Source of the DNA: Penicillus capitatus | Taxonomy: Eukaryota; Plantae; Chlorophyta | DNA: 64,000 bases | Reading direction: 5' to 3' | NCBI GenBank assembly: GCA_965649825.1 | Contig: OZ287695.1 | Location: 1,725,288-1,789,287, forward strand | In this document: positions 23,927 through 36,465 of the stretch, piece after piece | How positions within the stretch are numbered: the first letter of the stretch is position 1 | Layout: each line of letters opens with the position of its first letter | The notes under the pieces: generated by a model | The model's input: only the letters and a program-made list of their open reading frames with translations | Told to the model about the DNA's origin: nothing | Database searches by the model: none | Program-made: the position numbers and the translations under genes

Positions 23927-26900
23927 CTACAAGATCCCATTCAACACACGTTGATAATAATCGTATTGCCGTGTTCTCCAGGCATCTAGACTGTCACTGA
24001 TCGCCCCAATCACCACTTGAACGCATTGCTCCTCCGGGATGTTGAGATGGAAACGTTTCTTCAGAGCCTTGATCGCCCTGTCTCCTGCTTTGAAGCAAGG
24101 GAAACCAGCCTTTGACATCATGTCACACAGGAGCAGAATGCGATCGGAGTGTTTGCGAGAAACAAGGAATCCTTGAATACACAATACCTGCACAAACATA
24201 CACACAATTGTGTCGAGTGTCGTCGAAAGCAGGGCAGAGGCAGACTTTGAAGTAATCAAACAATTCGCTTGCTTTGCCTTCAGAGTTGGAATCCATGATT
24301 TCCAAGTATTCCCTTGTCAGCTTAAAGGGAGCTGCTTCGAAATTAACACCTCCTGGCGAATTCGAAAGCATAAATCCGAAATCGATATGAATGATATGTC
24401 CGTCATCATCCATGAGTATGTTCCCATTGTGGCGATCTTTGACCTAATAAAGCACGCTCTGTGCACCACATTCACCGTCCTCTCACGCACTTGAAGCAGA
24501 TAGGTAATGAGACTGTAGGCTGCTAGGCTCTCTACGAAATTCCTCTGCGCAGCTTCGCATTCTGGAGTGCCCTTGATAAACTTGTCAAAGAAATGTCGGC
24601 TAAGGGATGTCCCTGATGGTGACCGATGCTTAATGGAGTGGACAGAGAGTGTGTCCGGAATGAACTCGATTAATGCCGTCCTGTTGGATGTGACCAGAAC
24701 TTCGTAGGGAGACACCCAAAGAGGCAGACGTGCATCTAAGAAGATTTCCTGGAAAGTCTTGATCAATTGAATGGCCATGAGCTCTTGACGGCAGTCGTCA
24801 CCTGACTTCACCACCACCCGACACAGATTCCATCCTGGACGATGGCCATGAGGCGATCGTCTTCTCACGGATGCCTCTTTCTCTGACCACCTAACCGTCA
24901 ACCACCCATCACACGTCGCCGTCAGAAAAGAGTGAGATCACACGCTGACCTTTCTCCAAAAACCTCACTCGCACGTTGCTGTTTCTTGAGTATTCTCAGG
25001 AAACGTTCATCCTGGGCCGACTCTCTGGACACGGAAGCATCGGAGACACTGTGTCCATCAGAAAGAAATGATGTCACGGAGATATCTGACTGCGAAATTT
25101 TGCGCAAGCTTTCCAATTTCAGTTTGCCCGCCACGATTTCTAATGCTTCTTGAGAGGGAACACGCCTGCTCTTCTTTGCAGGCGATGGAATCTTTAGGTT
25201 CACTCCCCCAGCGATCTCAAATGAAACAGACACGAGCTTTCGTTCTTCAACGCGCTGGCAACGAGACCATTCTTCTCCCAATCCAATGTTGATGCAGTTT
25301 GTCCCACACTGTAGAAACTTGCTCACCATGAGACTCATGGCACCCTCTCTCAAAAGAGAGCTCGCAGTCGACTCGGCTGCATCCTCCTCTGAAGGAGCAG
25401 GTGTCTGAAATGCAGAGCTCTGCGGCTCTTCTGGTGTCTTTTCTTCATCAATTGTGAAATGCAGTTTGACCAGCGGGGCATTTCCTCGTAAACTAGCCAT
25501 TGCCGTCTCCATACGGCTACAGTCACCTTTCTCACGCGGCGTTACGTACGGAGTAAGAGATCTTACGTTGCAAAGGAGATCTTAGAAGGTTCTGCCACAT
25601 CTTCGCGATCCTTTGATGAAGTGTCTAAGGTACCAGATGTCTTCTGTTGGTCACTCTTTGGGTTTGAAGATTGCGCTTCGTGAATGGCCTCTGCTGTCGA
25701 TGTTGTCTCTACGGAGCTTTCAGCTTTGTTAATGCTGTGGACACTGTCAGCGTACAGAGGCGGCGCTGGATGAACCGTTTCCTGCTCGGGATGGATCTCA
25801 ACAGCATCGGTATTCATCACCTCAATCAAAAGCAAAAACGGCGCCTTCTCCCTCGAATCCAGCAGAACTGCCTCATCGGGGACCAGCCTCAGCACACGCT
25901 GATTCTTGCTGCCCATTGGAAACCACACAGCCACGCCATTGGCATTGCACAGATCGATTTCTGAGTTGATATCCATCAATGCTCTCTTTAATGCCTTCAG
26001 TCGTGTGTCCTGTGGCAAACGAACGAGATGCGAAGAGGCATCGCAGAGAGCATCGATAAAGTCCAGTGTGGCTCCAAAAGTTGTTTGGCGTAATCCAGGA
26101 GAGGACGGCGCCCAATCTTCATTCTCCGATGCTGCCACACATCCAGTCCCGCCGGCAGCTTCGTTGATCGAAGAACGGGCAACCAATGCCGAAACACCTT
26201 CTCCTTCGCCCAGTTCCTGTCTAAGAAACCGACATCGCTCGAAAGTGGCCGAGCTCCGTTCGGTATCATTCGAGAGCAGTTCTGCATGATCGACGTCTCC
26301 TTGTGAGCCAGAGTAGGTCCGACTCAGTGAAGCGCTGAACAGTCCTTCCAGTCCTTGAACCAGATCATGACTCGAACAGATGCTGGCCGATCCGCCGCCG
26401 ACGGGAGACTCCACCCTCAGGTCTTCCATCAGTGGTGGCGAGTCAGATCTTTCTTCAGCTGTGTAGAGCAGTTTGGATCGCTCTGGAAGATCATGAGGCT
26501 GCTGCATGAAGGCAGAATCTTCATTGCATTCTACAGACAGAGCAGGAGGATCCAGCATCGCCGTCTTGAATGGCAATTCCCAACATCCATTCAATGCCTC
26601 CTTCTCGCATCTGTCCAGAAGCTCCGCTGCATGTTTGTTTCTTGCCTGGTCTTGGCTAATGGCACGAAAGAGCCAATACACCTGGAAGGTCACACTTTAT
26701 CACTCTTTTGCTTTGCAAGCGTTTCATCACCTTTACGGCAATTCTGAGAGATTTTGAACATAAATCTACAATGACCCGTTCCAGACTGCTGCCAGGTCGT
26801 GTCACAATGAGCTGACAGAATTGCGACAGATAAAGTTCGATGGTGTGCTCCGAGAGTTCATAGAGTTTATTGCAAAGATAGTCATGAACGCCACTCGTTT

Positions 26901-27089
26901 CGTTTTGAAAGATATAACTTAGAACACACAATAGCACACATCGATATCAGCTGCACCGTATCGTGGAGTGCGTATGCCTCACGTCAGGGCCAACCACGCG
27001 TCGAAGAACTGCGAGTCGAAGAGACGCAGTAGCAAATCGGATTTTCCATTTCCTTGTTTTTGACTCGGCCGCGGACGAAAACTTTTCAT
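23927..27089 (-). CDS. PI4KB: Phosphatidylinositol 4-kinase beta (type III), multi-exon
   Basis: N-terminal [15 protein letters not shown] / [12 protein letters not shown]; [21 protein letters not shown]; kinase domain [34 protein letters not shown]/..[30 protein letters not shown]; ends [12 protein letters not shown]. Confidence 0.93.
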
Positions 27090-27229
27090 GATGCTGGGAG
27101 AGTGTCGCTTTTGGGACGACGAACGACGGCGACGACAGCGTGAATGCAGCCAATGGTGCGTGATTTGGCGTTAAGCATTGATTCGGAGAGAGATTTGATG
27201 GACATGCGTTCACGACAACGTCACATCAG

Positions 27230-30172
27230 TCAGTCTACATCATTCGTCGCCGTTTCGTAATCTTCTTCCTCGCGAGGCAAGATCGACTGAGAAGTCCCGC
27301 GAGTGACGCGTCCCGCTAAATACGCAGCTGAGAGCAATGGGCGATCTTCGGACGGCTCGGCGTCCAGACGGCGCATGTCTTCGTCCAGAATCCGACGCCA
27401 GACAGTGACGCGTTCGGCAGGGAGGGCAGAGAAATCGGCCTCAGTCGAGGCAGAAGGTGCCGTTGGTGCGTTCGGAGGTGTCGGATGGATAAGAGAGGAC
27501 ACGAGAGGCGCCATTTCGCTCATGAGACGACCGAGATTAGGATTGCCAGATTCTGGATCGGTGGCAGAAGACATGAGCTGCTGTACTGCTGGACTCTCTG
27601 TCAGGCGACGCACGTTGGGATTGTTGGCCAGAGTGGAAGCCATGTTCTCGAGCATGTTTTCCAGACCTGCTCTGTTACCACCGCTCTCTCCTTGACGGCC
27701 GCCGCCGACCATTGCTGCCACAGAACTCAGCAATCCGCTCATACCTGTCTATCCCCTGTCATTGCCAACGGTGCGTTGGGAGAGGCACCTTGCTGGGGAG
27801 ACGGTCGAGTTGCGGCATCGGTAGAGGTCTGCGTTGCCTCCGTTGTTGTCTTGGCCGTTTTTTCGGATTTGGCGAGGCCGGGATCTTCCGTCGGAGAGCG
27901 CTTGATTGAACTGCATTGGGTTCGAGATCGTGCGCCGAGTCCAGCACGTAAACCTGCCGGAATCGATCTCTGTTCACCCGATCCTGCTGCTAAAACATCG
28001 AATCGCATTGTCGGCACGCAGCGAAGGAAACCTGATGATGAGGCAGGGGCCGGTGGCGGTTGAGGTACTGAAGCCTCGACACGCGATGCTTCGGTCGTCG
28101 TTTGCGTCGCCGCTTCTGCAGAGACCATAAGAGCGAAGGCGATGCGTTAACGAGAGAGATACCCTCAGTGGTGTTCGGAGTCGTTGTCTCCTGCTGTTCA
28201 GGTTGCTCCGGTTGTGGCTGTTGCTGTTGCGGATTGGGATTGATGACAGATCCGACAGCATCGACAATGGCCCCTCTGTTTTCCACGATGGCCATCGTCA
28301 CTTGTTCAATGACAGATCCCATGTGTCTTAAGAAATCTCCGCCGCCAGATTCTACGTGCAAGGATAATATGGAGAAATTTTCCATCTGCGAGAAGACAGA
28401 CCATTTGACCGCTCGACAGAGAAGGAGAACGGAGCGACTGTTTCATTTGTCATAATTCCGGCTCCACCTGAGAACAGCAAATGTGCTTTTGTGTCATCGA
28501 GCATAACGATAACCTCCCGGTTGAGTTTGGGGCTGTCCCTCTGATCTGTGCTGTGCAGATCCCTCCTCTGTCGAAGAAGAAGACAGGACATTTCCACACA
28601 GAACATGTCGACAATAGACATCATCTACCTTGAGCTCCTCTACCTCTGGCAGGAGGATTTTCGCTCCCCAGTCCTTGCGGAAAGAACGGAGGTAAATTGG
28701 GAGCAGACCCTAGAGAGAGCGCATTTTATTCCATTCCAGGCAAACGACAAGTCGAGAGAGCTCACCGTTGGGAGAGATGACGGAGGCTGTGTTTAGGGCC
28801 AATGGACGCATCTCTCCACGCAGGGCAGAAACCACACCGGATGCCAATCTTCCCAGTTCGGCCAGCAGTGCAGCATACCAGTTGGAAATGGAACCCACTT
28901 GACGGACACCGCCCTAAGCAGTATGCCATGCGTCCGTGATCTCTTCTCTATCAATCGTGCTCACAATGAGGATCTCTAAATTGGTCTCGTCGATTTGTGA
29001 TGTATTCTCCAACTGACGGACCGCATTCGACAGGCTCCTGATCGCTTTCTCCCTCAGCAGCACCTCAGCTCGACGCACAATGTCGCTGAATCCAGCTGTG
29101 AGCAGCGACAGATGAGGGTAGGGATTCGCCGAAGGAGCATTTCCTTGACTTCCTACGCCGCCAGGGGGTGTCCTCTGCACGCGGACACCTCCATCGGACG
29201 CGATTGAATAAGCAACAGACGTTTCCGGTGTCGTCTGCCCAGATCCCTTCACAATCACAGATCTCACACAAATCTCACTCTTTAAAAGCGATCGGGTCAC
29301 CGTTGTGTTAAGGGACTGCGTGGCTGTCTGCAGTTGCTGCAGCAGTTCCGGGTTCAGTGGCGCATTGGACAGAATCTGACAGAGCGCCGCCGTCATGGCG
29401 ACACATTCCTGTGGCGTCATATTCTGTCCCGGTTGCTGAGGGGCCAACGATATCAACGGCGGCATTCGCGTCTGCAGCCCTCCCTCTTCCAATCTTCTCA
29501 GATAGTGACCCATTGCCAGCAACAGGTGCGGTACGTGCTGTACAGTACGTTGCGGTTGTGGATCGTTCCCTCCTAATCACACCACCACCGCGTTATTCGA
29601 TGCCCCTGAAGAGACATTCGCCAAGGCCATCACCAGATGCCGGTGGGGCATTTGTCTGAGCTTCCTCGCCCGTTCGCATGCCAACGGCACTCAGCACTCC
29701 TTGAACAATCCGTCCGATATCATGCAACTCTCTCGGTCCCCCTGTTCCCAGATTCACCGAAATGCGGGTCGTTCCGCCGGTGGCTGCTCCTAAGACGCTC
29801 CCTCTCTCCGCTCGCCTCTCACTTGAGTCATACGTGTAGGAGCGGGTTCAGGTGGTGGTTGTTGTGGAGGTGGTGCATCGGGACTCCTCTCCACCATATG
29901 TATCGTATGTCCGTTCTCTAAAGAGTTCTCTGCCAGTGTTGTGTGATTCTGCAGCACTCTTCCTCTGTAGATTAATCTCTGACGCGCCTCCGGTGTCTGC
30001 GTCTTCTCTTCTAACAGTTTCTTCAGTTCCAGCACCGTCGACTATCGTTTTCGCGTCAAACGCATGACGGGCAGAGGTTTTCGGATCGCACTTGTCGCGA
30101 GATTTCGACATCGTAGGTATCATTAGGCAAGGCTTTGACTTTCAACCCGATGCTCGCTTCGCTGTCGGCCAT
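27230..30172 (-). CDS. Ubiquitin-like N-terminal domain protein, BAG6/BAT3-like, multi-exon
   Basis: Spliced N-terminus MADSEASIGLKVKALPNDTYDVEISRQ / STVLELKKLLEEKTQTPEARQRLIYRGRVLQ..GHTIHMVER is a UBL domain, followed by P/Q-rich low-complexity sequence and an STI1-like NPNVRRLTESP..MAPLVS end. Confidence 0.7.
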
Positions 30173-30264
30173 GATATCGCAGAAAGAATCTCTGACGTGC
30201 AAAACGTCGATAAAGATTAAGAGAGGATGCGTCATGATGATGTCATTCTAGAAAGGGAGCAGCA

Positions 30265-30561
30265 ATGTCGTCCATCACTGACGCACAGCGCATCAAGGAG
30301 CTGCAGGAAACGGCCTATCGCAAAGTTTTTGCCTGTTTCATTCGAGAGGAATTTGCATTGGTGTGTGTGTCATCCCGAGCGACACTCTCCCTTCTCTTGT
30401 CCACTGCAGGAGAAAGAAATGATTCTGGCGGAGCTGCGTCGAGTATTGCAAATCTCTGAATCGCGAGGTGATGAAATTGCACAAGAAGTGATCAAAGGTG
30501 TGAGTGACTCAGTGACGTCACATCACTTCTCACACTTTGTGCAAGGATAGAAGTTACCTGA
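30265..30561 (+). CDS. Stand-alone ENT (EMSY N-terminal) domain microprotein, ~62-65 aa, 3 exons
   Basis: IKELQETAYRKVFACF..L / EKEMILAELRRVLQISESRGDEIAQE matches the ENT pattern (I..LE.EAY..VL.AF....EKE..L.ELR..L.IS.E.H). Stop at 30550 or 30561 depending on the acceptor used. Confidence 0.65.
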
Positions 30562-30801
30562 GATGTTGTCGACTGAGTGATGGCTGAGTAGTGTTCATCC
30601 CTCCCTGTCTCTCGTCGCTTTGTTTGCTGTCTGCCATTAAAAGAGCTCACATGCGTTCGATCGCTTTTCTCACACAAGCGCACACAAAAAGAAATCAGAA
30701 ATCATTGCTGTTCCAAAAATTGTATGGAGAACGCAGCAAGTGGAGTGAGGTATACAACAACAACGCCCATACCCAGCCCATCGAGGCACAAAAAGAGTTC
30801 T

Positions 30802-31428
30802 CTATCCAATGAGATGCGGCTTCACCAACTTCATGAACCCAAAGGCATTGAAACGATCCACTTTGAGCAAGCCCTTCAGTTTATCATCTGCGATGATCAG
30901 TCTTTTATCGTGTGGATCTTGCAACTCATTTTCCTTAAAGTACGCCCACATGAACTTCGTCAGTTGAGGCCTGGAAATCTCGTCTTGGCCCAAAAAATCG
31001 GCAAGCTCCTCGGACACTTTCACTGGCTTAGAGAATCCCGATGTCCCCGTTTTCTTTGGCTTTTCTTCGCGTTCCTTCTTTGGCTTCTTCAACACAGCTG
31101 CCGATTTTTGTGCCGCTTTGCGTTTGGGTCTCGTGCTGTGTGCACAGCATCCGGTTTGAGGGCCGGCTAAACATGTCTGGTGTCGGTCTTACCGTCGGGG
31201 AGCTTCGGTCTCTTCTGTTGCCATATCATCGTCGGCATCTTTTCCTTCGGCCTTCATCTTGACGTCCTGCTCGACGGGGTCGTCCGTCGTCTCATCTGCG
31301 GCGACGGTATCGTCTGCCTCTTTGGCGACAACATCTGTCTCTTCAAGATGCGCGTCGACTTCAGCATCCGCCTCCTCTTTGTGAACCACCTCTGCCGAGA
31401 GGTCTTCGGTGTCGTTCTTTTCAGACAT
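30802..31428 (-). CDS. SWIB/MDM2-domain protein with acidic N-terminus
   Basis: GFSKPVKVSEELADFLGQDEISRPQLTKFMWAYFKENELQDPHDKRLIIADDKLKGLL..FGFMKLVKPHL is a SWIB domain. Start MSEKNDTED at 31428. Confidence 0.85.
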
Positions 31429-31829
31429 CGGCACAACTGCGCGTAAGAACAGTAAACGCAATGGCGTAGCGACGGCGCAAACGAGAGATATCGCGAACGA
31501 ACATACACTTTTTATCGGTGGCAGAGATCGTGAGGCGGAGGAAAACAAAACGACGACGACGACGCACCTTGTCAATGCGTTCAAAGAGGCACCGTTGTCC
31601 GAATGGTAGTCGCTGTGGTCGAATGCGTGGATTCCCAAGACAGCACAGTACTTTGTGCAAAACTGCAACGGGTATGCGAGACGCAACGCACACGATGGCG
31701 CTTTCCTTTCTGGAACCCTTTGGTCAGACGACGAAGCCACTCCGCGAAACGCACGAAAGAACGCGGAGGTCTTGACGGATATGATGTGACGTTCGTTTCC
31801 TTTTGAGAAAAGATGTGACGGTACTGCGC

Positions 31830-34800
31830 CTACAAATCTCTCTTGTTCGACAACATCATCTGGTCCACCTTGTTCAGAAACTCCACCGAAGATTTCGATC
31901 GTCTCTTCTTGCCCTTCTGTGTCGCCGCCTCCTGAACCAAATTGGCAAACATGCTGGATGGATTGGACAGCAAATTTTGCGGTGTATCGAATTCGGCAAT
32001 GCAGCCATCGTCCAATACCATGACGCGATCGTAATCGATGATGGTGTGTAGTCTATGTGCAATCGTGAGCACGGTACAATTCTGAAAGGCAGAACGAATC
32101 GTGGACTGTATAACGGCATCGGTTGTGTTGTCCACGTTCGAGGTCGCTTCGTCCAGAATCAACACCTTTGATCCTCTCAACAGCGCACGTGCCATGCAGA
32201 GCAGCTGACGTTGTCCGACGCTCAAATTCTGCCCTCCCTCGGACACTTCTGCATCCAATTGACCCTGCAGCACGGGACGCGTGTCAGCAAAATGGTATAG
32301 AAGTGCGTGATCGGACATTGAGCTCGGTGACAAAGTCATGGAGGCTGACTTGATGCAGAGCATGCCAAATCGAGGCATCGCTATCCACCTCTGCCGTGGG
32401 ATCGAGATTCGATCGAATCGTGCCCGAAAAGATCACCGGGTCTTGTGGAACGAGCGACAGTTTGCTTCTCAGATCGTAGAGTCCGATCTCGAGCGTATTC
32501 ACACCATCCATGTAGATGCTTCCTTGATACGGCTCGACGATGCGATAGAGTGCCATCATGAGTGTCGATTTGCCCGACCCTAAAACAGCAAACGACGTCA
32601 GCGACCGTGGCAGACAATCGAATAAGGTCTTGCCTGTTCGACCGCAGACGCCGATCTTTTCATGAGCGTGGGCTATGAAGCTGAGATCTTTGAGAATAGG
32701 ATCAGTTTCTTCACGGTACCGCACCCAGAGATTCTGAACAGTAATGGCACCGCCCTGTGGCCAGTCGGATGGAGGTCGCCGATCTTCGATGACAGCCGCC
32801 TTCTCTTGATCATACTTCTTGTACTCCGTAATACGTTCGATCGAATTCATCGACACTTCCAGCTGCGTTGTCTGTCGAATCAGCCAGTTCATCAGTCCTG
32901 TGAGATTCAAAGCAGATGTCAGAGCCAATCCTGCATATCCAGCATTGGTCTTCAGTAGGGCTGTCACGACTAAGGCCGTTATCAGGACGATGAAGGCACT
33001 CATGATATCCAGTCTGACAGACAGCCATCTGTTGATGGAGTACAGCGGCCATTTTGCACGATTGGACTGATCCACGAGTTCTTCGTTTGTTCTCATGAAC
33101 GGCTCCTCGCTGCGGAAGGCACGAATCGTTTGGAGGCCTTGGAGACTCTCATTGAAGTGACTGTAGATTGGACTGAGACCCAGAGCATCGAGACGTTTGA
33201 TTTCTCGAGTCGTGGCCACGTATCTCTGCTGAATGCGGAAATACAGGATTGCCAGAACGGCGATGGCCACGATGACGACTTTGGTCACTGCCGTGACGAT
33301 AATCAGAGAGAACATCACACTGACAACACAAGACATTGCCATGGCCAAAACAGAACCCACTTGAGAATCCATCGATTCCGTATCGCTTGTAAATCGATTC
33401 AACAGACGACCAGCCGGTTGCGAATCGAAGAAGGACATCGGCAAACGGACCACTTTCAAGATCAACTCCGAGTAAAGCTTGCGCGAAGCATGGATGTTGC
33501 CATAGAGCAAAATGAGGGTAGCGACAAAGGAGCATACCACCGAGGCGAGGCCAAAGATGTAGTAGACACCCAAGTAGAAACCGGTATTCAGATTGCCTTG
33601 TGCGATTTCGGCATCGTGTGATGCATTTGTCCACTTGGCGAGCCACCAGTTCTGCCCGACGGCTAAACCCTTTTCCAAAATGGCAGATAGGATCAAAAGG
33701 ATCGGCATGATAAAGAAAGGACCCCATGCTCTGATGTAGGACATGTAGACATTACGCTTGACATGTCCAACTGCCCTCTCTTCCTTGTCCGTCAGCCTTC
33801 CTTTCTTTCTGGCGCCCAGATCGGCCAAACGGCTGATACTCTTGCTGGACATCAGTTTCTGTTTTCCTTCGGTGTTTGCCTTCAGTCCACGTTGATTGTT
33901 GAGATCTTCGATTCCGTCATCGGAAGAGCTGTGGGCAATGGGGTAGGCATCCGACTGAACTGAAGATGAGCTCTGAAGGCAATGATGGTGATCGAATTCA
34001 CTGAACTGAACACCTTTCTGCTTCAGTTCGTCGTACGTTCCCATCTCCACGATCTTTCCCAGTTTCATCACAATGATCTGATCGGCCTGAGGCAGAAACT
34101 GAAGCTGATGTGACACCAAGATACGGGTCTTATCATTGAGGAATCCACAAATGCACTTTTCAAACAAGTGACGACCGACGTGAGAATCGACCGCCGAAAG
34201 GGGATCGTCCAGGAGGTAGATGTCGGCATTACGATAGCACGCTCGTGCCAAAGCCACTCGATGCTTCTGGCCTCCGCTCAGATTCACCCCCTTCTCTCCA
34301 ATCTCTGTCTGATCACCACCCGGCAATGCCTCCAAGTCTGCCAGGAGTGCACACGCTTCGATGGTTTGAGCATAAAGCTCATCGTCCAATGCCATGCCCA
34401 TCAAAACATTCTCCTGAAGCGTTTGATTCTGAATCCACGGTTCTTGTGCAGTATATGCCAAGCTTCCGCTTAGATGGACCGTTCCAGTATGTTTTCTCAT
34501 TTCGCCCATCAAGGCAGACAGCAATGATGACTTACCACTCCCAACATCTCCCACAATCTGAAGAAGTTTGCCTCTCTGTAGCTCAAACGAGATACCGGAG
34601 AGAATGACGTCTCTTTCTGGCGGCCATGAGAATGTACCCTCCCTTGTCAACACAGCAATGTCCTTCGAAACGCTCCCGTCTAGATGCAGCATCAATAGGA
34701 TCATCAAGAGTGGTGTCCTGCAGATAGATAGATGTCTTACCGATCTTCTCCTCTTCCATCTCTTCGGAATCCATGTAGCTCTGTATACGCTTGAGGGCCA

Positions 34801-36298
34801 CACTGCCATTGATGATGTTCATGATCTGTGCAGGAAGCATCGTCAATGGAAAACGTAGCAGATTGAAGTAGGCCAAGGCAGGGAATGCGATATCTGCTGT
34901 AATGATCTTTCCTCGAAGGACGGCAAGACCAAAGGCAGCACCAGAAACCATAATGGGCACGGTCATGTACACGATCCGACTAAACGTTCTCAGAAATCCA
35001 AGTCTGAGCACTTTTCGAAGCTCGTCTTGTCTCAGTTTCTGAACTTTGTCGACGTAAGAGTTCTCCCACGCATAGAGTTTGATTGCTTTGATACCCGTCA
35101 CCAGTTCAGACGTCGCTTTGACGCGTGCGTCTGTGTACTTCATCTGATCTTTGCGCATTTTTGCTGCCACTTTTCCTATGTACGTCGTCAGGGGAATCAG
35201 GCCCAAGATGACGGAACTGCCACCGAGTGCTGGCAGCCATCCAAGAATATCGACCAAGCGAAAAAGGACCAGCGAAATCTGCAGAGGTCCACTCCAGATC
35301 ACATGCAGATAAACAACCATCTCCCATAGCTTCGAAGCATCGTTGCTTTGCAGATTGACAATCTTTCCGATACCGAACTCAGATCGTGCGGCAGTTGAGA
35401 TTCTGAGAGATTTGCTATAGAGCATCTGCACGAGAGCGGACTTGATGTGCAGAGAAATGCGGTAGAGTATGTGAAAGTAGTAGTTGATGAGCACGGTTTG
35501 TGCTGCACTGGCAATGAACATGAGAATCGCCAGGGCCACTCCAATCTGGTAATACATTGCTACACAGCGTTACACCTCTCACACTCGAGACACGGACAGA
35601 GGGGACTGTGCTTACAAGATTCCTGGTCTCGAAGATGCAGCAGCAATTGGCGCAGAAGTTCAGGTCCCGTGATTTGAAGCCCGTCGTAAAAAATCTTCAC
35701 AAATCCAGCGAAGAAAAACAATCGTCCAAATGTCCATCTAAGTGCTTTGAAAACAGATCCCTGCACAAACACACATAGCCACAGCAATTCCCTCGGGTAT
35801 CACGTGCCTGCGGTTGCATAACGGGATCTTTCGATTTTTCAAGATTCTTGTCAAAGGCAAAGGCGACCCTCTCCGTTTCGTCCTTATCAGCCAGATCCCA
35901 TAAATCTTCTTGAATGAGATGCTTTCTCGTGCCCAAGTTGATGAGACTCGTCATGTAGCAATAGAAATGCCGAGAGAAAAAACCTGCCTCCTCTTCGGGG
36001 CACCATTTTCCTGTCAAACGATAGACGATGCAGGAAAGGCGAGATCGTGGTGGATCGGCAAACCGTGACGCCGAACCGGTGTGTCGTCGTTCATGCCGAG
36101 AGGACGGAATCCTTGACGCCATGACTGCCTTTCCCCAAATGTAAAAAAGGAACGGAGCCGCGTCCACCATGAAGTATAAACCGGAGGAATGGGATTTTTG
36201 AGAAGCAACGTCACATCTTCGAAGTCTTCGATTTCCAAAGCGGCGTCGAGGCGACGTGTCTCAACTGGGGAAGATTCTTCGTCGTCGTTGCGTGCCAT
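31830..36298 (-). CDS. ABCC: ABC transporter, subfamily C (MRP-type, TMD-NBD-TMD-NBD), multi-exon
   Basis: NBD1 [23 protein letters not shown]; TMD2 [14 protein letters not shown]; NBD2 [46 protein letters not shown]. Confidence 0.95.
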
Positions 36299-36465
36299 GG
36301 CGACGAGATGCGAGTCGGCAGAATGTTCTGTCTGCTGCTTAAGAAACAACTGCGTCAGAGAATCATGTGATAATGACGTAAAAGTGTGTCACCTATTTGT
36401 ACGACAGGTCGGCGGGCGGGTCGAATGACGTCGACATATCCGATCAATGGTATCTCTGTAGCGCG

